From positions 319,920,001 through 319,984,000 of the forward strand of contig OZ024743.1 of assembly GCA_964016885.1 (NCBI GenBank): 64,000 nt of DNA. Direction: 5' to 3'. Shown here in pieces: positions 1 to 13,071 of the stretch. Both the position numbers and the translations under genes were made by a program. Within the stretch, counting starts at the first letter, position 1. Every line of letters starts with the position of its first letter. The notes beneath the pieces were generated by a model, which searched no databases, had not been told where the DNA came from, and saw nothing but the letters and a program-made list of their open reading frames with translations. Origin of the DNA: Eledone cirrhosa. Lineage: Eukaryota.

Positions 1-920
1 GTGAACTTCGATAGAACACTTATAGACCGAATATGAATGGAAAACGGTTTCAAACAAGGCGACATACCTGCAACCATTCGTTCCCCATCTACTTTGCCGT
101 GCTGCTGACATATGCCTTCCAAGTCTTCTAAATCGATGTATACTTGCGAATTAGAATATCTAGCAAAGTCAATAATCTACGACATTTTAACACCAAGTCC
201 AAAACATTTGATACTCTAGTCAGGGGGTTCCTTTATGCTGATGATGCAGATTTTGTTGCACACACAGTAGAAGACATGCAGCCGATATTGAACATCTACA
301 ATGTATGCACTGCATCTGGGCTAAATAGCATAAATAACACAATGACTATGTACACTCACCAATTTGGGAAATGGATTTGAAGCCAGACATTCTCGTGGGA
401 TTAAAAATACTTGAGGTGGTGTACAACATTGTGTATCTCTGAAGTACACTTAGTAGAGACGGTACCTTCGATGACGAAGTAAATCACAGGTTTACAAAAA
501 CGAGTTTTGATTTCGGGAAACTTGGGAAGCGAGTCTGGTTAGATCGGGGTAATTAAACTGACTCAAAGTTCTCTGTGTACGAGGCCTGTGGTCTTCTAAC
601 CTAGCTATTCGGTTGTGAAACGTGGACAACTTACAGGCATCATATCAAGCAGTTGGAAAAGTTTCATTAGAATTGTATGCGACACATCCTGGACATCAAG
701 TGCTCCTCATACTCCCACATTGTTGCTGTACTTGAGAAAGCGGGAAGCACCAGAATTAGAAAGAGGTTAATTGTGAACTAGATACGTTGGGTTTGTGATG
801 AGATCAGGATGGGAGATGGAAGGCTCTCTAAACATATATTTTATGTGGAGCTGACCAGATGGAAATGCTACAGCATAAACCAAAGAAGCGGTTTAAGGGT
901 GTCATAAAAGACAAGCTCTG
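1..920 (+). mobile_element. Degenerate RTE (BovB-like) LINE fragment, RT C-terminal half
   Basis: ORF 144-380 has FLYADDADFVAHT (RT catalytic motif). Broken downstream frames give YL.STLSRDGTFDDEVNHR and LLFGCETWTTYRHHIKQLEKFH, typical of RTE. Many stops and frameshifts. Confidence 0.8.
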
Positions 921-1092
921 AAAATTGATATGGATAACTGAGTAGTATTGACTGAAGGCTGTAGTTAATGGATAAAGAGTGAGTGAGGCATATTGCTTTG
1001 AAACGTTCACTATGTAAGCGAGACCCAATCACTCTTTCTCCATTAATTACAGCCTTCAGTCAATGCTCCTCAGTTATCCGTATAAATTTTCG

Positions 1093-1525
1093 AGGCAAGC
1101 CGGAACGCTCGCAGCGTTACCTCGGGTGATGGCGCAGCTGAGGTGCTGGAACAACTAAGCAGCCCCCAGAACATCACCAGTTAACTCGGTTAGGCGAGCC
1201 GCCAGTGAAGATAAGAACCTCGCAGTTGGTAGGCCGACTCTCCCAAACGTCTCGAACACCACAGGCTGGATAATGTAGTTAGCTGACAGAACACGGTATT
1301 TTAGGATTTTGTTCCGTTCAGCTGCGGATGCTGTAGTTCTCACCCTTACCTCTGCAAATAGTATGAGGGAAGAAGCAAAATAGTCACTAACTGTTACGTC
1401 CTAGGTAAGGCACCTACCTCTTGACAAGGGGCACAGGGTAAGACTGTCAGGTCTTCCCCCATCAATTCTGAACAACCCAGACTATTCCAAAATTGAGTGG
1501 ATATTTGCCCAGCAAAATCTCTTAA
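1093..1525 (-). mobile_element. CRE-clade-like non-LTR retrotransposon fragment, restriction-like endonuclease domain
   Basis: Minus strand reads GLFRIDG.RPDSLTLCPLSRGRCLT*DVTVSD...AERNKILKY...IIQPVVFETFG...LFQHLSCAITRGNA. This matches the RPD..D / K..KY / ET.G / RGN pattern of RLE domains. Confidence 0.7.
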
Positions 1526-1611
1526 GTGGTAATAGGACAGGGTGTGTATGTTCGCGTGCGTGAGTTTGTTGGCATTCTTAAATTAGGGACGCGTGTGAAT
1601 ATGTGTGTGTG

Positions 1612-1726
<115 letters not shown>

Positions 1727-1837
1727 CATACATATATATATATATCTGGGTGTGTCACCTTCCTTTTACACACACGTACATTCACACAAAGACACACATT
1801 GTGTGACGGGCGGATGGATTGAAGTCACTCAAATTCA

Positions 1838-2478
1838 TATACATGTGAATGGAGTTCAACTGAAGCAGGTAGAGAAGTTCAGGTATCTCGGGGCCGTATT
1901 CACGAGTGATGGAAGGCAGGAGGCTAGTGCAAGAATTGCAAAAGCTGATGCAGTAATGCGCCAGCTTCAGCATTCAGTAATCAGAAGGGAGGTAGGTGTA
2001 AAAGCCAAACGCGCTTTCTTCCTGGTTTTCCTGCCAACCCTTACCTATGGTCATGAATCTTTGGTAATGATCGAAAAAATACGATTGCAAATACAAGCGG
2101 CCGAAATGGGGTTCCTCTGAAGGGTCTTTGGAGTAAATTTAGTCGATAAATTGCATAGCTCGGAGATCAGAGAGTCACTCCAGGTAGAGCCACTACTTCT
2201 CTGAATTAAGAGATCACAGCTCCGATACTATGGACATATGGTTAAAATGTCTCAGGAAAGCATCACTGGACAGATTTTACAGGCAAAACCAACTGGTAGG
2301 AGACCCAGATGTAGACCCTGAGCAATATAGTTGGATAACATCCATGATATTGGCTGGTCACGCTTTGGGATCCAGCTGGATCACTTAGAGATGTTTGATT
2401 CTGACAGACTCGCTGGAAGGAGTGTTTGAGAAGGACTCTTCCCCTACGACTCTCTTAGAAATAAGTGGGTGAAGAAGA
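1838..2478 (+). mobile_element. RTE-type LINE 3' fragment
   Basis: [24 protein letters not shown]...[10 protein letters not shown]...IQAAEMGFL. Homologous to 43800-44410 and ends near gaagaaga. Confidence 0.85.
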
Positions 2479-3581
2479 TATTGTCAATTTACTTTTCAAT
2501 TTACATATCATATCTACATGCATATAATACCAATACGCACACTACACATGTTAGCAGAGAACTGTCCGAATGGCGGATCTTCTGATAGTTTAGTCGACAT
2601 ATCTAATAGACTAAAACCTCTGAAAGCTGAGTTGAAAATTTAGATAGAAAAAGAAACACGAAAACAATTGATCGTGTACCGAAGGGACACAAAACCTACT
2701 ACAAAATAACAACTGATTGAATAGAAAAAAGATTAGAAACATATAGAGGAACACGGATAAATGTGATAACGAAAGAACGTTTTTATATATACAAGCTAAC
2801 AAAAATTAGAAAGCAGAAACAAACAACGCTGAAACAATTTAGATAAAAATACAATAAACAAATTTAGTGCCGAAATATAGCATGAAAACGGATTTACAAA
2901 ACATAAAGGAGAAACGGTGAGAAAAGCCACACCACGACCAAATCTCGACAAGGCTTGAAAGAGAAAAAGCAAGTCAAAGTTAATGACAAGAATGATTCAG
3001 AAGCTACGAACTAACGGGAAAAAACAGGATTCATTTTCACAATACACGACTAATGTTTGACCCCAAACAAATATAGGAACACGACAATGAAAACGGATCT
3101 TAACAACAAATGCAGAATGTACAACCAGCAAAATGACACGGTTAACTACATCATTTCCGGCTTCCCACATTTACCAAGTCTGAATATATAAACACTAGCA
3201 TGCCAAACTTTCGACATGAAATAGGGGAAGAAGAGATATAAGCATATAACAAACACGGTACATAACAATAAACAGGTCACTATAATCTGATAAAGAAATA
3301 AAGATAAAATTGTCAAGGATTGGAAAGACTGTTGCTCTTTATTTCAAAATTAAAATTTCAGGCGTGATTTTTATTTTATACTACATTAAAATCATTGTAT
3401 ATTGAAACTAATTTTACAAAATAGTTTTCGTATACAATTATTTTATGAAAAGTTGTTTCAATAAAAAGAGATTATAACAAGATCAATATTTGAAATGACA
3501 GTCGGAGAAAGGCCGTGCTAAGAGGAATGACAAAAAAATATATATCTCAAAAGTAATTCGTAAGCACTAAAATGATCTATC

Positions 3582-4533
3582 ATAAGACACCCAAATTCCA
3601 AGTCGCCCCACTTTATCTTTGCACTAACAATACAACAGACTAAATACGAATAAATAAGGAAAATATGTTTATTCTAAAATATAGACCAGCATTAAATATA
3701 GTTTAATATACATTAACGTATTAACACCATAACATGCTACCCATCCACACAGACACATACATACACACACACATAACACCCTCTTCTATGTTCGAAAATA
3801 AAAGACCAGAGCTAAATATACTTCAACACACGTTAATATTTAAACACCTTTACAGGTTAATTATACCTCACACAAAAACATAACACCCTTCTCCATTTCT
3901 ACTAATGGAATCATTTTCCTACACACACAAACACACATCCGCACACAAATAAAAATAATTATCTCTATTTTCTACCCTGCCGCCAGCACCACCGCTATCG
4001 ACACAATCATTCAATTTATTTCAATAGAAAGTCTGAATTTTGACATCTCAGCACATCAGCCATACTCACTGAACCAGAACCATTTCTCCTCATCCCTTTT
4101 CTTGACCATTATTTTTTGTTTGGCACAAAACCCTCTATGACAAATCATGTGACTGTGAAAATGGCAAATACGAACTGGCGCGAAAGTTGATGTATTTATT
4201 CCCATGACAGTCATCAACCAACCAAATTTCACTTTTATAAGAAAAAAACAATGATTTGAGCCATTTTTTAAAAACTTTGTAACGCGAACTGGCGCCAAAG
4301 TTGATGTACTTATTCACGTGACAGTCATCAACCAACCAAATTATTAAAAAAGAAAAACCAAGCAATTCGAGCCACTTTTTTCCACATAAAACAGAAGTAA
4401 GATCTGAGAAAAACCACAAACCCTCCATCTCAATTCTACTTTTGAAAAGCATAAGAACTGTGAAACCGGTAAAGGAAACAAATAAATATTCTTAAAAAAA
4501 TTCCAGTTGCATTTTCGATTTCTTTTCCTTATA
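3582..4533 (+). repeat. Upstream pseudo-LTR (direct repeat of 7822-8769)
   Basis: Both copies start ataagacacccaaattccaagtc (endonuclease C-terminus) and end cagttgcattttcgattt..ttccttata; about 950 bp. Confidence 0.9.
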
Positions 4534-7500
4534 CTTTCACTCGTGTAGGACATCTCACTTTTTTCTTTACCCCCCCCCCTCACTTTCTTAGTCACACCCA
4601 CCACACGGGTACCGACAATGCCACCAAAGTCTCAACAAGGACATCTTAAATGAACAAAGTAGACCAAATACATATCTACAAAAAAGGACTCCATGAAAAA
4701 GGAGAAAATACCCAAGAGACGGATATTACTCCAGCATATACCAAACTGATCAAAATAATTGAAACAGCAATGCTCCAAAATCTGGAACAAACATTAGAAC
4801 CCATCTACGAGAAGTCCACTCTTTGAAAAACACCCTAAACCATATATGGACTCAAAAGCTCACAGCTCGCAAATTTGTCTTTTGGAATCTCCTAAAAAAT
4901 AATGGAAAAGTTGATATATATGAAACGTGGCTAAACTCTACCCCAATCATCCTCCCCAAAAAACTCCAAATAAAACACTTCCCGAATGAACCAGAAAACC
5001 AACAAATCTTAGGGAAAAGATGGCCTTAGAAAAGTTTAAAATAGAAATAGAACTGTTGCGGTTAAGAGCCAACTCCAACGAAGAAAAATTCAAGTTACTC
5101 GACCAACAGATGGAAACCGAAATCTCAACGCACTCCGAAGGCCTACTCTATGAAAAAACCTTCAAACTTTGGTAAGAAAATTGTGAGGATGAAGAACCAA
5201 CATCCTTTTAACGATGGGAAAAAAACGCCACTTGCTTCAACAACTACGAAATGATTTTCAAAAACAAACACCATACAGGTACCCCATTTTTAAAACAAGA
5301 TGAAATTCACACACCAAACTCATAACAAACAACAAAATGTCCAACATACCCCCAGCAAAAATATGACGATAATCCAAGAATCCATAGACAAAACTTTAAC
5401 CTTACTAAAAAAAACCTAAATGCCCCTTCACACAAGACAGGACCCGATCCGCAGATCACATCCCACACAAAACCTGTTCCAAAACCCTAGACCCCAAACC
5501 ATACAGAACCTGTTCTAAAATCATAGATCCCAACCCACACAACGGAACAAAAATTAGAATCCGGACCATCAACAAACCGAACCTCAATACGTCCGAAACT
5601 TCTATACAAGACCACACAACAACAGGGAAAATGCCATTAGATATAGTAATACCCATGAAAAAACATTTCAGAAAAATCATTTTTTAGACCAAGGCTACAG
5701 GACCCACGACATCTGGTGGCACAAACCGATTTTGAAAAACCGAAAATAGCCAATCTTTCAAATTCAAACTTCTCAGCCCAAGAAATTAAAATTCTCTCAA
5801 AGAGACTGAAATTCACACAAACACCTCAATACTCTAACCTCAATGAGATAAACGATGATATTTCAGACTTCTGTAGAAAATTAGTCAAACAGAGGAATGT
5901 TTTGATAAGGAGACTAACGAACAATCAATTGTACTGAATAAAAGCAGCTACAACCCAACAAAGGGCAGGAACAGAGTTCTTGACAAATGTTGTAACCACG
6001 TATCAACTTTCCCATACCATGAACTACCACAATCTAAACCCAAACCCAACACTAGTCGAAGGGAATGGGAAATTATCCATACATTAAAAAAACAATATTG
6101 ACATTGTAATTAAGGAAGCGTACAAGGGAAGTACTGTCATCATTATGGATGCTGAACAGTATAAAAATTCTATATTCTCTCTCTTACAAGACACTAACTA
6201 CTATGAAAAAGTAAACAACTACCAGCAATCAAAAAAGGTGACCAGATTAAACGCATTCATTTGTCAATACCAGAAAGACAACTAAAAAGGAACGCGATTA
6301 TGTAACACCTTTGAATACAAAACCATCAACCTTTACGGACTTCCGAAGATCCATAAGTGTAAAACAATTAACGATTCCTGTAAAGAATCCACCTCAACCT
6401 GTGTAAACACACAACACCCCACTGATCTTAAATTAAGACCAAATGTAGTGGGCACACAATGTGAAACTCACAGAAGGAGCAACTTTATAGACATACTACT
6501 AAAACCAATTCTCAAACACATACTAAGCCTTGTAAGAGACGACTTGGACCTCTTAAACCACCTCCCCAAACATGTCAGCAACGACACTATTATTGTGTCT
6601 TTCGATGTAGTGAATCTCTACACGACGATCCCACACCAACACGGACTAGAAGCAATAGGATTCTGGCTAGAAAAATTCCCCAATGAGATACCGGACAGAA
6701 TAGAAAAAGGCTTCATCACCGAGGGATTAAAATTTATTTTACAGACCAACTTTTTTGATTTTGATGGCAGCATTTACAAACAAATATCGGGGACTGCGAT
6801 GGGTACAAAAGTCGTTCCAACTTACGCTAACTTAGTCATGGCATACTTGTAAGTCCATATATATGAACATTCCAAATCAAAATACGTCTTGAACTTCCAC
6901 AAATATTTATCAGAGAATTGGAAACGCAACTATGGTCTCACACACTCGACCAACTAAATGATTCCAACAATTTAATTAACAGCATCAATAACCACATCCA
7001 ATTTACAATGGAATACAGTCAAGACCAACTCCCATTTCTGGACATCTTAATCATAAAAGAAGACACAAATATTGAAACTGACATCCATTAAAAACTAACA
7101 GATTCCAAGCAATACCTGCTCTTCACCTCCAGCCATCCAAAGAACACGAAGACGAACGCCCCTTTTAATATAGCAAGAAGAATTTGCACAATTGTCTCCA
7201 ATTATGAAACGCGAAATAAAAGACTTCAAGAATTAAAGGAAATTCTGCTCGAAAGACAGTACCCACCGTTACTATCAGATAAGGGCTAAAGCAATAGTCA
7301 TTGATGAATTACGAAAACAAAAACAAATTCAAGGTACGTCCAATATTCTATCATATATCTCAACACACAACCCAAGAAATACGGAAGCATATAAAATTAT
7401 TCACAAGAACATCCCACTATTGAAACAAGACCCAAGAATGAAAAAAGCTCCTGAAACACAAAATAATCAAAAGCAAAAGACAACCTAAATCACTAAAAAA

Positions 7501-7821
7501 CATTACTCACCAATGCCAAATTACCCACCACAACCCCACAACCAACTGTCAAAAAGTGTGGTCCCTCTAATTACGTAACTTGTACTCTCCTCATTGAAGG
7601 TACCATGTATACATTTCAATCAGGACAACATTTTGTTGTGAAAAGTCACTTCACTTGCACATCAAAAAATTTACTTTATGCCATTAAATGTAAAGGATGC
7701 AATGAAGATTATATAGGTCAAACTAAACTCATGCTCAGAAACAGAATGACAATTCATCGTCAACAATTACGAGACTATACCTCAAGACCACTCAGTGTAC
7801 ATCTAGACATATGCGCAAGAG

Positions 7822-8769
7822 ATAAGACACCCAAATTCCAAGTCTTCCCACTCTATCTTCGCACTGACAATGCAACAGACCAAATACGAATAAATAAGGA
7901 AAATATGTTTATACAAAAATATAGACCAGAATTAAATATGGTTTAATATACATTAATATATTAACACCATAACATGCTAACCATCCACACAGACACATAC
8001 ATACACACACATAACACCCTATTTTATATTCGAAAATAAAGGACAAGAGCTGAATATACGTCAACATACATTAATATTTTAACACCTTAACATGCTCACC
8101 ATACCGCACACATACACACACAAACATAACATCTTTCTCCATTTCTACTAATAGAATAATGTTCCTACACACACACACACATACACACACACACTCATTA
8201 CACACATACATACACACAAACACACATCCGCACACAAATAAAAATATATATCTCTATTTTCTACTCTGCCGCCACAACCACCGCTATCGACACAAACATT
8301 CAATTTATTTCAATAGAAAGTCTGAATTTTGATACCTCAGCACATTAGCCATGCTCACTGAACGTTTTCCCCTCTTCCCTTTTCTTGTACATTATATTTT
8401 GTTTGAAACGAAAATTTAATATACTTATTCACGTGGCAGTCATCAACCAACCAAATTGCACTTATAAAAACAACAATTTGAGCCACTTTTTTAAAGTGAA
8501 AATGACACTAAAGAACCCTCAAACGCGACTGGCGCGAAAGTTGATGTACTTATTCACGTGACAGTCATCAACCAACCAAAATATAAGAAAGAAAACTAGC
8601 AATTCGAGTCACTTTTTTCCACATAAAACAGAAGTAACATCTGAGAAAACCACAAACTCTCCATCTCAATTCTACTTTTGAAAAGCATAAGAACTGTGAA
8701 ACCGGTAAAGGAAACAAATAAATATTCTTAAAAAGATTCCAGTTGCATTTTCGATTTATTTTCCTTATA
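7822..8769 (+). repeat. Downstream pseudo-LTR (direct repeat of 3582-4533)
   Basis: Colinear similarity with 3582-4533; followed by a short (TA)n. Confidence 0.9.
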
Positions 8770-9081
8770 TATATATTGGTGTTTGAGATTCGTATCAGCA
8801 AACTTATAGTTATAAGGTTGGTAATTTAAAACTCTAATTCAGAGATTTGATTCTGACTTAGTTTTTTTGTATTTAATTGCTAAACCTGTAGATATTGTTC
8901 TCTATACAGTAACGTTAAAACTCACTTGTAATAATTATTTACACACATCTCACTATGTAACACACTTCTCTTTGTGTAAGATATTTGCATTTGAGCTCAG
9001 AAGAAAATTCTCTATTCTTCTTTGAGCTAATACTATTATTATTATTACAGTGAACTGCAGAATACTCTTAATTCCGATCTT

Positions 9082-9119
<38 letters not shown>

Positions 9120-9123
<4 letters not shown>

Positions 9124-12100
9124 ATTATGAAGAGAGAAGAAACATTAGATATAATTAGTAATAAGTAACCTTTGAAGGGAAAACTTTCACCCACTCTATT
9201 AAAAATAACAAAAAACTGATTAGGGTCCCTATACAAACTTATAGGTCCCTAAAAGAAACATTTGAAAAGGATGTGTGGAATTCCTGCATTAAACCACTTA
9301 ACCGCGTCCTTCTCAAATGTCTCCTCACCCCAGACACCCCCTCCCCACCAAACATCTCTGTCCCCACCGCGCCGGAAACCACCACCCACCCAGACAACCC
9401 CTCCAACACCCCCATGGAATCGTGCAGCCTGGTCCCCAGGAGACGAAGAAGTGAGTGATTTCTTTTCCTCTTCTTTTAACTTATCAGCACCAACATGGCC
9501 AACATAAGAGTTGGATGTGTGAACGTACGCGGCCTGGGGATGTCCTGGAAACAGGGCAAACTCTTAAACGATCTCAGGTCGCGCACTATGGATGTAGTAG
9601 CCATTTGCGAGTCCAGGATCCACAGCGAGCGACATCTGGCCCACATCTTCGATGACTTTCAGATCTACGCATCTCTCTGTCAGCCGGGAGGTGGGGGCAG
9701 GGTTGCCGTTTTGCTGCTGAAACACCTGGACCTCGTAACAGAGACGGTACATCTGGATCTGGAGGCTCGACTGGTGGTCCTAGACGTTGACGGTGGTGAA
9801 GGTGGAGCCTTCAGGCTGGTGGCCGCATATGCCCCATCCGGGACACCGCGTCCAGACTTCTTCAAACGTCTAGAGACTTTTCTGGGAACGTCCCGCTCCT
9901 TGCTTTTAGTGGGGGACTGGAATGGAATCCTAGATGCACGTTGGGACTATGTGGGAGCATGTCCCTATAAGGGGGGGGGGGGGTAACAGCCTCAAACAGT
10001 TAATCGGCCGATTTGACCTGGCCGATAGATATCGACTAGATTTTCCGACTGTGCCACTGTGGACGTGGACTAATCGTAGCGGAACATCTAGATCGTACCT
10101 AGATAGGGCTCTAGTTAGAAATAAGGATAGGGACATGTTAAGCTGTCCACAAAGGTTCATGGTTGCCTATTCAGATCACAAACTAGTGACCTGCATGGTC
10201 AACCTTGATAGAACCCATAGACAAGGACCCGACTACTGGAAGCTGAACTTGTCCTTACCGACATGCAAAGCCTACAGTAGACGGATTAGAACTTTAGTTA
10301 AAGAACACTTGACAGGGGCCATTGTCAACAACAGATGGTGGTACACTCTCAAGAGGGCAGTTAGATTAGACTCGTTAGTTTTTAGTAAAGAATTAGCGTT
10401 AGATAGAAATAGGACCGAGAAGGAACAGGTAGATAAAGTAGAAGAGACAATTAGAAGTGGCAACGTAGCCAGTGTGATAGCAACGAGAACGGCCTTGGAC
10501 CAGTTCTTCGACGCAAAGCACGAGGGCTGCGTTGTCAGAAGCAAAATACGTGCTCTGGGTACGAGTGAGCCAAAGCTGTTAACTGAGTGACGGAGGGGAA
10601 AAGTGGAAACAAGTGCACGATTCGGTCTTTGAAGGACCAAGACGGACGCGTGATACGTGAGCCGAAGCAGATGTGCGCGGCCTTTCAGCGGCACTTTGAC
10701 GTATGGATTTCGGTCCATACCTCGACGGCCTACCGCGACTCTCCGACGGCAGGGTGAAGTTCTGCGAAAAGCCGATTTCAGCCGCTGAGATATAGGACGC
10801 GTTGAGCCAATGCGGCAAGCGCAAATCTCCAGGTCTCGACGGTCTACCTACGTATTTTACGTAGCAATACCGGACTTGTTCTCCAGTCTCCTGCAACTGG
10901 CAGCATGACGGGAGAATTCTGAGTTCTGTGACCAGGGACGTAGTCACACTAGCCAGGAAATTCGAGAATAAGGGGGATGACTTAGGCAACTTCCGGCCCA
11001 TAACTTTGCTAAAAACAGAGTTACAGATTTTGGCCAAGATGTTGGCAAAGAGGCTGGCGCTTGTCGTCGAAAACCTGGTGGGAGAAGCGCAGACATGCGC
11101 AATCCCGACCAGGTCTATACACGACAACCTCCACCTCATGCGATACATCCTAGAGAGGGTAGGGTGTAAACCCGGCTTCGGTGGGGCCTTGATCAACTTG
11201 GATCAGTCTAAGGCTTTCGGTAGGTTTGACAATCATTACCTGGATGCGGTGCTCGAGGCGGCAGGCTTCGGACCCGTGTTCAGGGACTGGATTGCTGCAA
11301 TGCACAACAACAACATCTGCTCAAGGGTCAAGGTGAACGGCTACCTCTCGGAGCCGTTCCATATCACGCCATCCATCCGACAGAGATGCGCTCTCTCCTC
11401 CCTTCTGTATGTACTGACACTCGAGCCACTACTGCGGAAGTTGGAGCTATTGCAGGGAATCCCTCTAGAACCGGAACCGGGACTGCAAAAAGCGGCATCG
11501 GCCTACGCCGACGACGTCACAGTAATGGTGTCGAGCCCATCGGAAATCAAGGAAGTCGGCACCTTACTGAAGGAATACGAAACGCTGACGGGAGCAAAAC
11601 TAAACCCGGACAAGTCTGTCGGTTTGCAACTCGGTACGTCGAGAGGCAAGCCGATGACGTCTGACAGCGTCGTTGGACGCTGGACGGACGGACCGATGAA
11701 ATTGCTCAGGGTCTGGTTCGGTCCAGACCTTCAGGTGGAGAAAAACTGGAACGAGGTGACAGACAAGGTGTTTGCACTCACCCAGAAGTGTGCCGAGTGC
11801 AAACTATCCTTGAAAGGTCGAGCAGAGGTGGCGAACACTTTTATAGCGTCCGTCATCTACTACCGCTTGACCGTCGTGCCTTGTCCAGCCAAAACAATCA
11901 CCAAAATGGAGCACGCGCTCTTCCAATTCCTTTGGAAGAAGCGGGATCCTTTGGTGAGAAGATCCATCTGCTGGAAACACCCTTTCAACGGAGGGATGGG
12001 GATGACGTGGCTGATGATGCGAAAACACGCACTCAGGCTGCGGCATCTCTACATATTTCTCACCGGACAACCTGACCGAGCTGCAGTCCTGGATCAAACA

Positions 12101-12986
12101 AAGACCGAGGAAAATGGGCGACTGGCACATCGAATGTGCTCAGGCGCTCACAGCCCTCTGGCAGGTGGACCCGGCGATCAGTGGAGACTCCACTTCGTCA
12201 TTCTATAGAGGGTTGATCCGCAGCAAGTGCGACGACGCGTTCGGAGAAACTCTAGGCGTAGAGGAAGACGAACTGACCCGTCTGTTCTGTAGGACCTTCC
12301 GCCCGGGACCGATGAACAACTTCCAAAGGTCCCTGGCCTGGCAGTGCTACCGACGAGCTCTACCAGTTCGAGACAAGCTCTACAGACATGGGCGCCCGGG
12401 CAGGGACCCTTCGAAAAAGATCTGTCCGGGTGACACCTATCCGGTTGACCACCGAGTCCATTGTCATGATCAAACCGCCACCCTCCTTCAAAAACGAAGG
12501 AGAGGCGGTTTTCCTTTGTGTGATAGCTATGGCGAAATAGGTTGTATGGTGGACGAGGTTAAAAGGGATGAGGTCAGGCACCTTTCTCTCCGGCCAACAA
12601 CTGATTCTTTTTTTCAAATACCACTTTGGAAGAAGAATCAGGATGGAGAGAGAGGTGCTGTACCCCAGCAAGTTTTATGAAAGGTGGGTGAAAGTGGCGC
12701 GAATAGCCCGAGTGAATGAGCCTTCTTTCTATATCAGCCTGTAGGTTGAGGAAAAAGAGGAAGAGAGGAAATGGGTACAAAGTCTTCGTACTCCTGGAGA
12801 CGAGGGTTGCACATTTTTTTTCGGGGGTATGTGTTACCCATATAAACTGTCTCCCCCTATTGGGGAAAATCGACTAACTTTTTAAATTGCATTTGTGATA
12901 ACATTTTACACGTTTTTTATTGTATGTAAACTTCCCCCTTTGTATTTGTCCCCTTCTTTTGTACCCCTGTGACTAATAAAGAAACA
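9120..12986 (+). mobile_element. Tx1/L1-clade non-LTR retrotransposon copy A (5'-truncated in ORF1; frameshifted ORF2 9495-12744)
   Basis: APE motifs NVRGL, AICES, GDWN, SYLD, SDH, YWKLN. RT motifs KSPGLDG, NFRPITLL, DQSKAF, AYADDV. The ORF1 tail (FEGKTFTH..LIRVP..YRSLKETF) aligns with the copy B ORF1 tail. AATAAA at 12975. Confidence 0.92.

Positions 12987-13070
<84 letters not shown>
12987..13070 (+). repeat. (TATC)21 tract joining copy A to copy B
   Basis: Perfect TATC repeat directly after aataaagaaaca. Confidence 0.97.

Positions 13071-13071
<1 letters not shown>

Larger units (their letters stand above)
3582..8769 (+). mobile_element. Near full-length Penelope-like element (Neptune/Poseidon-type RT + C-terminal GIY-YIG) with direct pseudo-LTRs; degenerate
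   Basis: Broken ORF from ATG 4618 to 7946 with IANLS..LS..LKF, YGLPKIHK, SFDVVNLYTTIP, GTAMGTK, LPFLDI and CKGCNEDYIGQT..R...H. The catalytic YxDD region appears deleted near 6930. Confidence 0.9.

Noticed and set aside
2560-3560. A-rich region that might be the N-terminus of another PLE
   Set aside because: No recognisable motif could be recovered from the broken frames.
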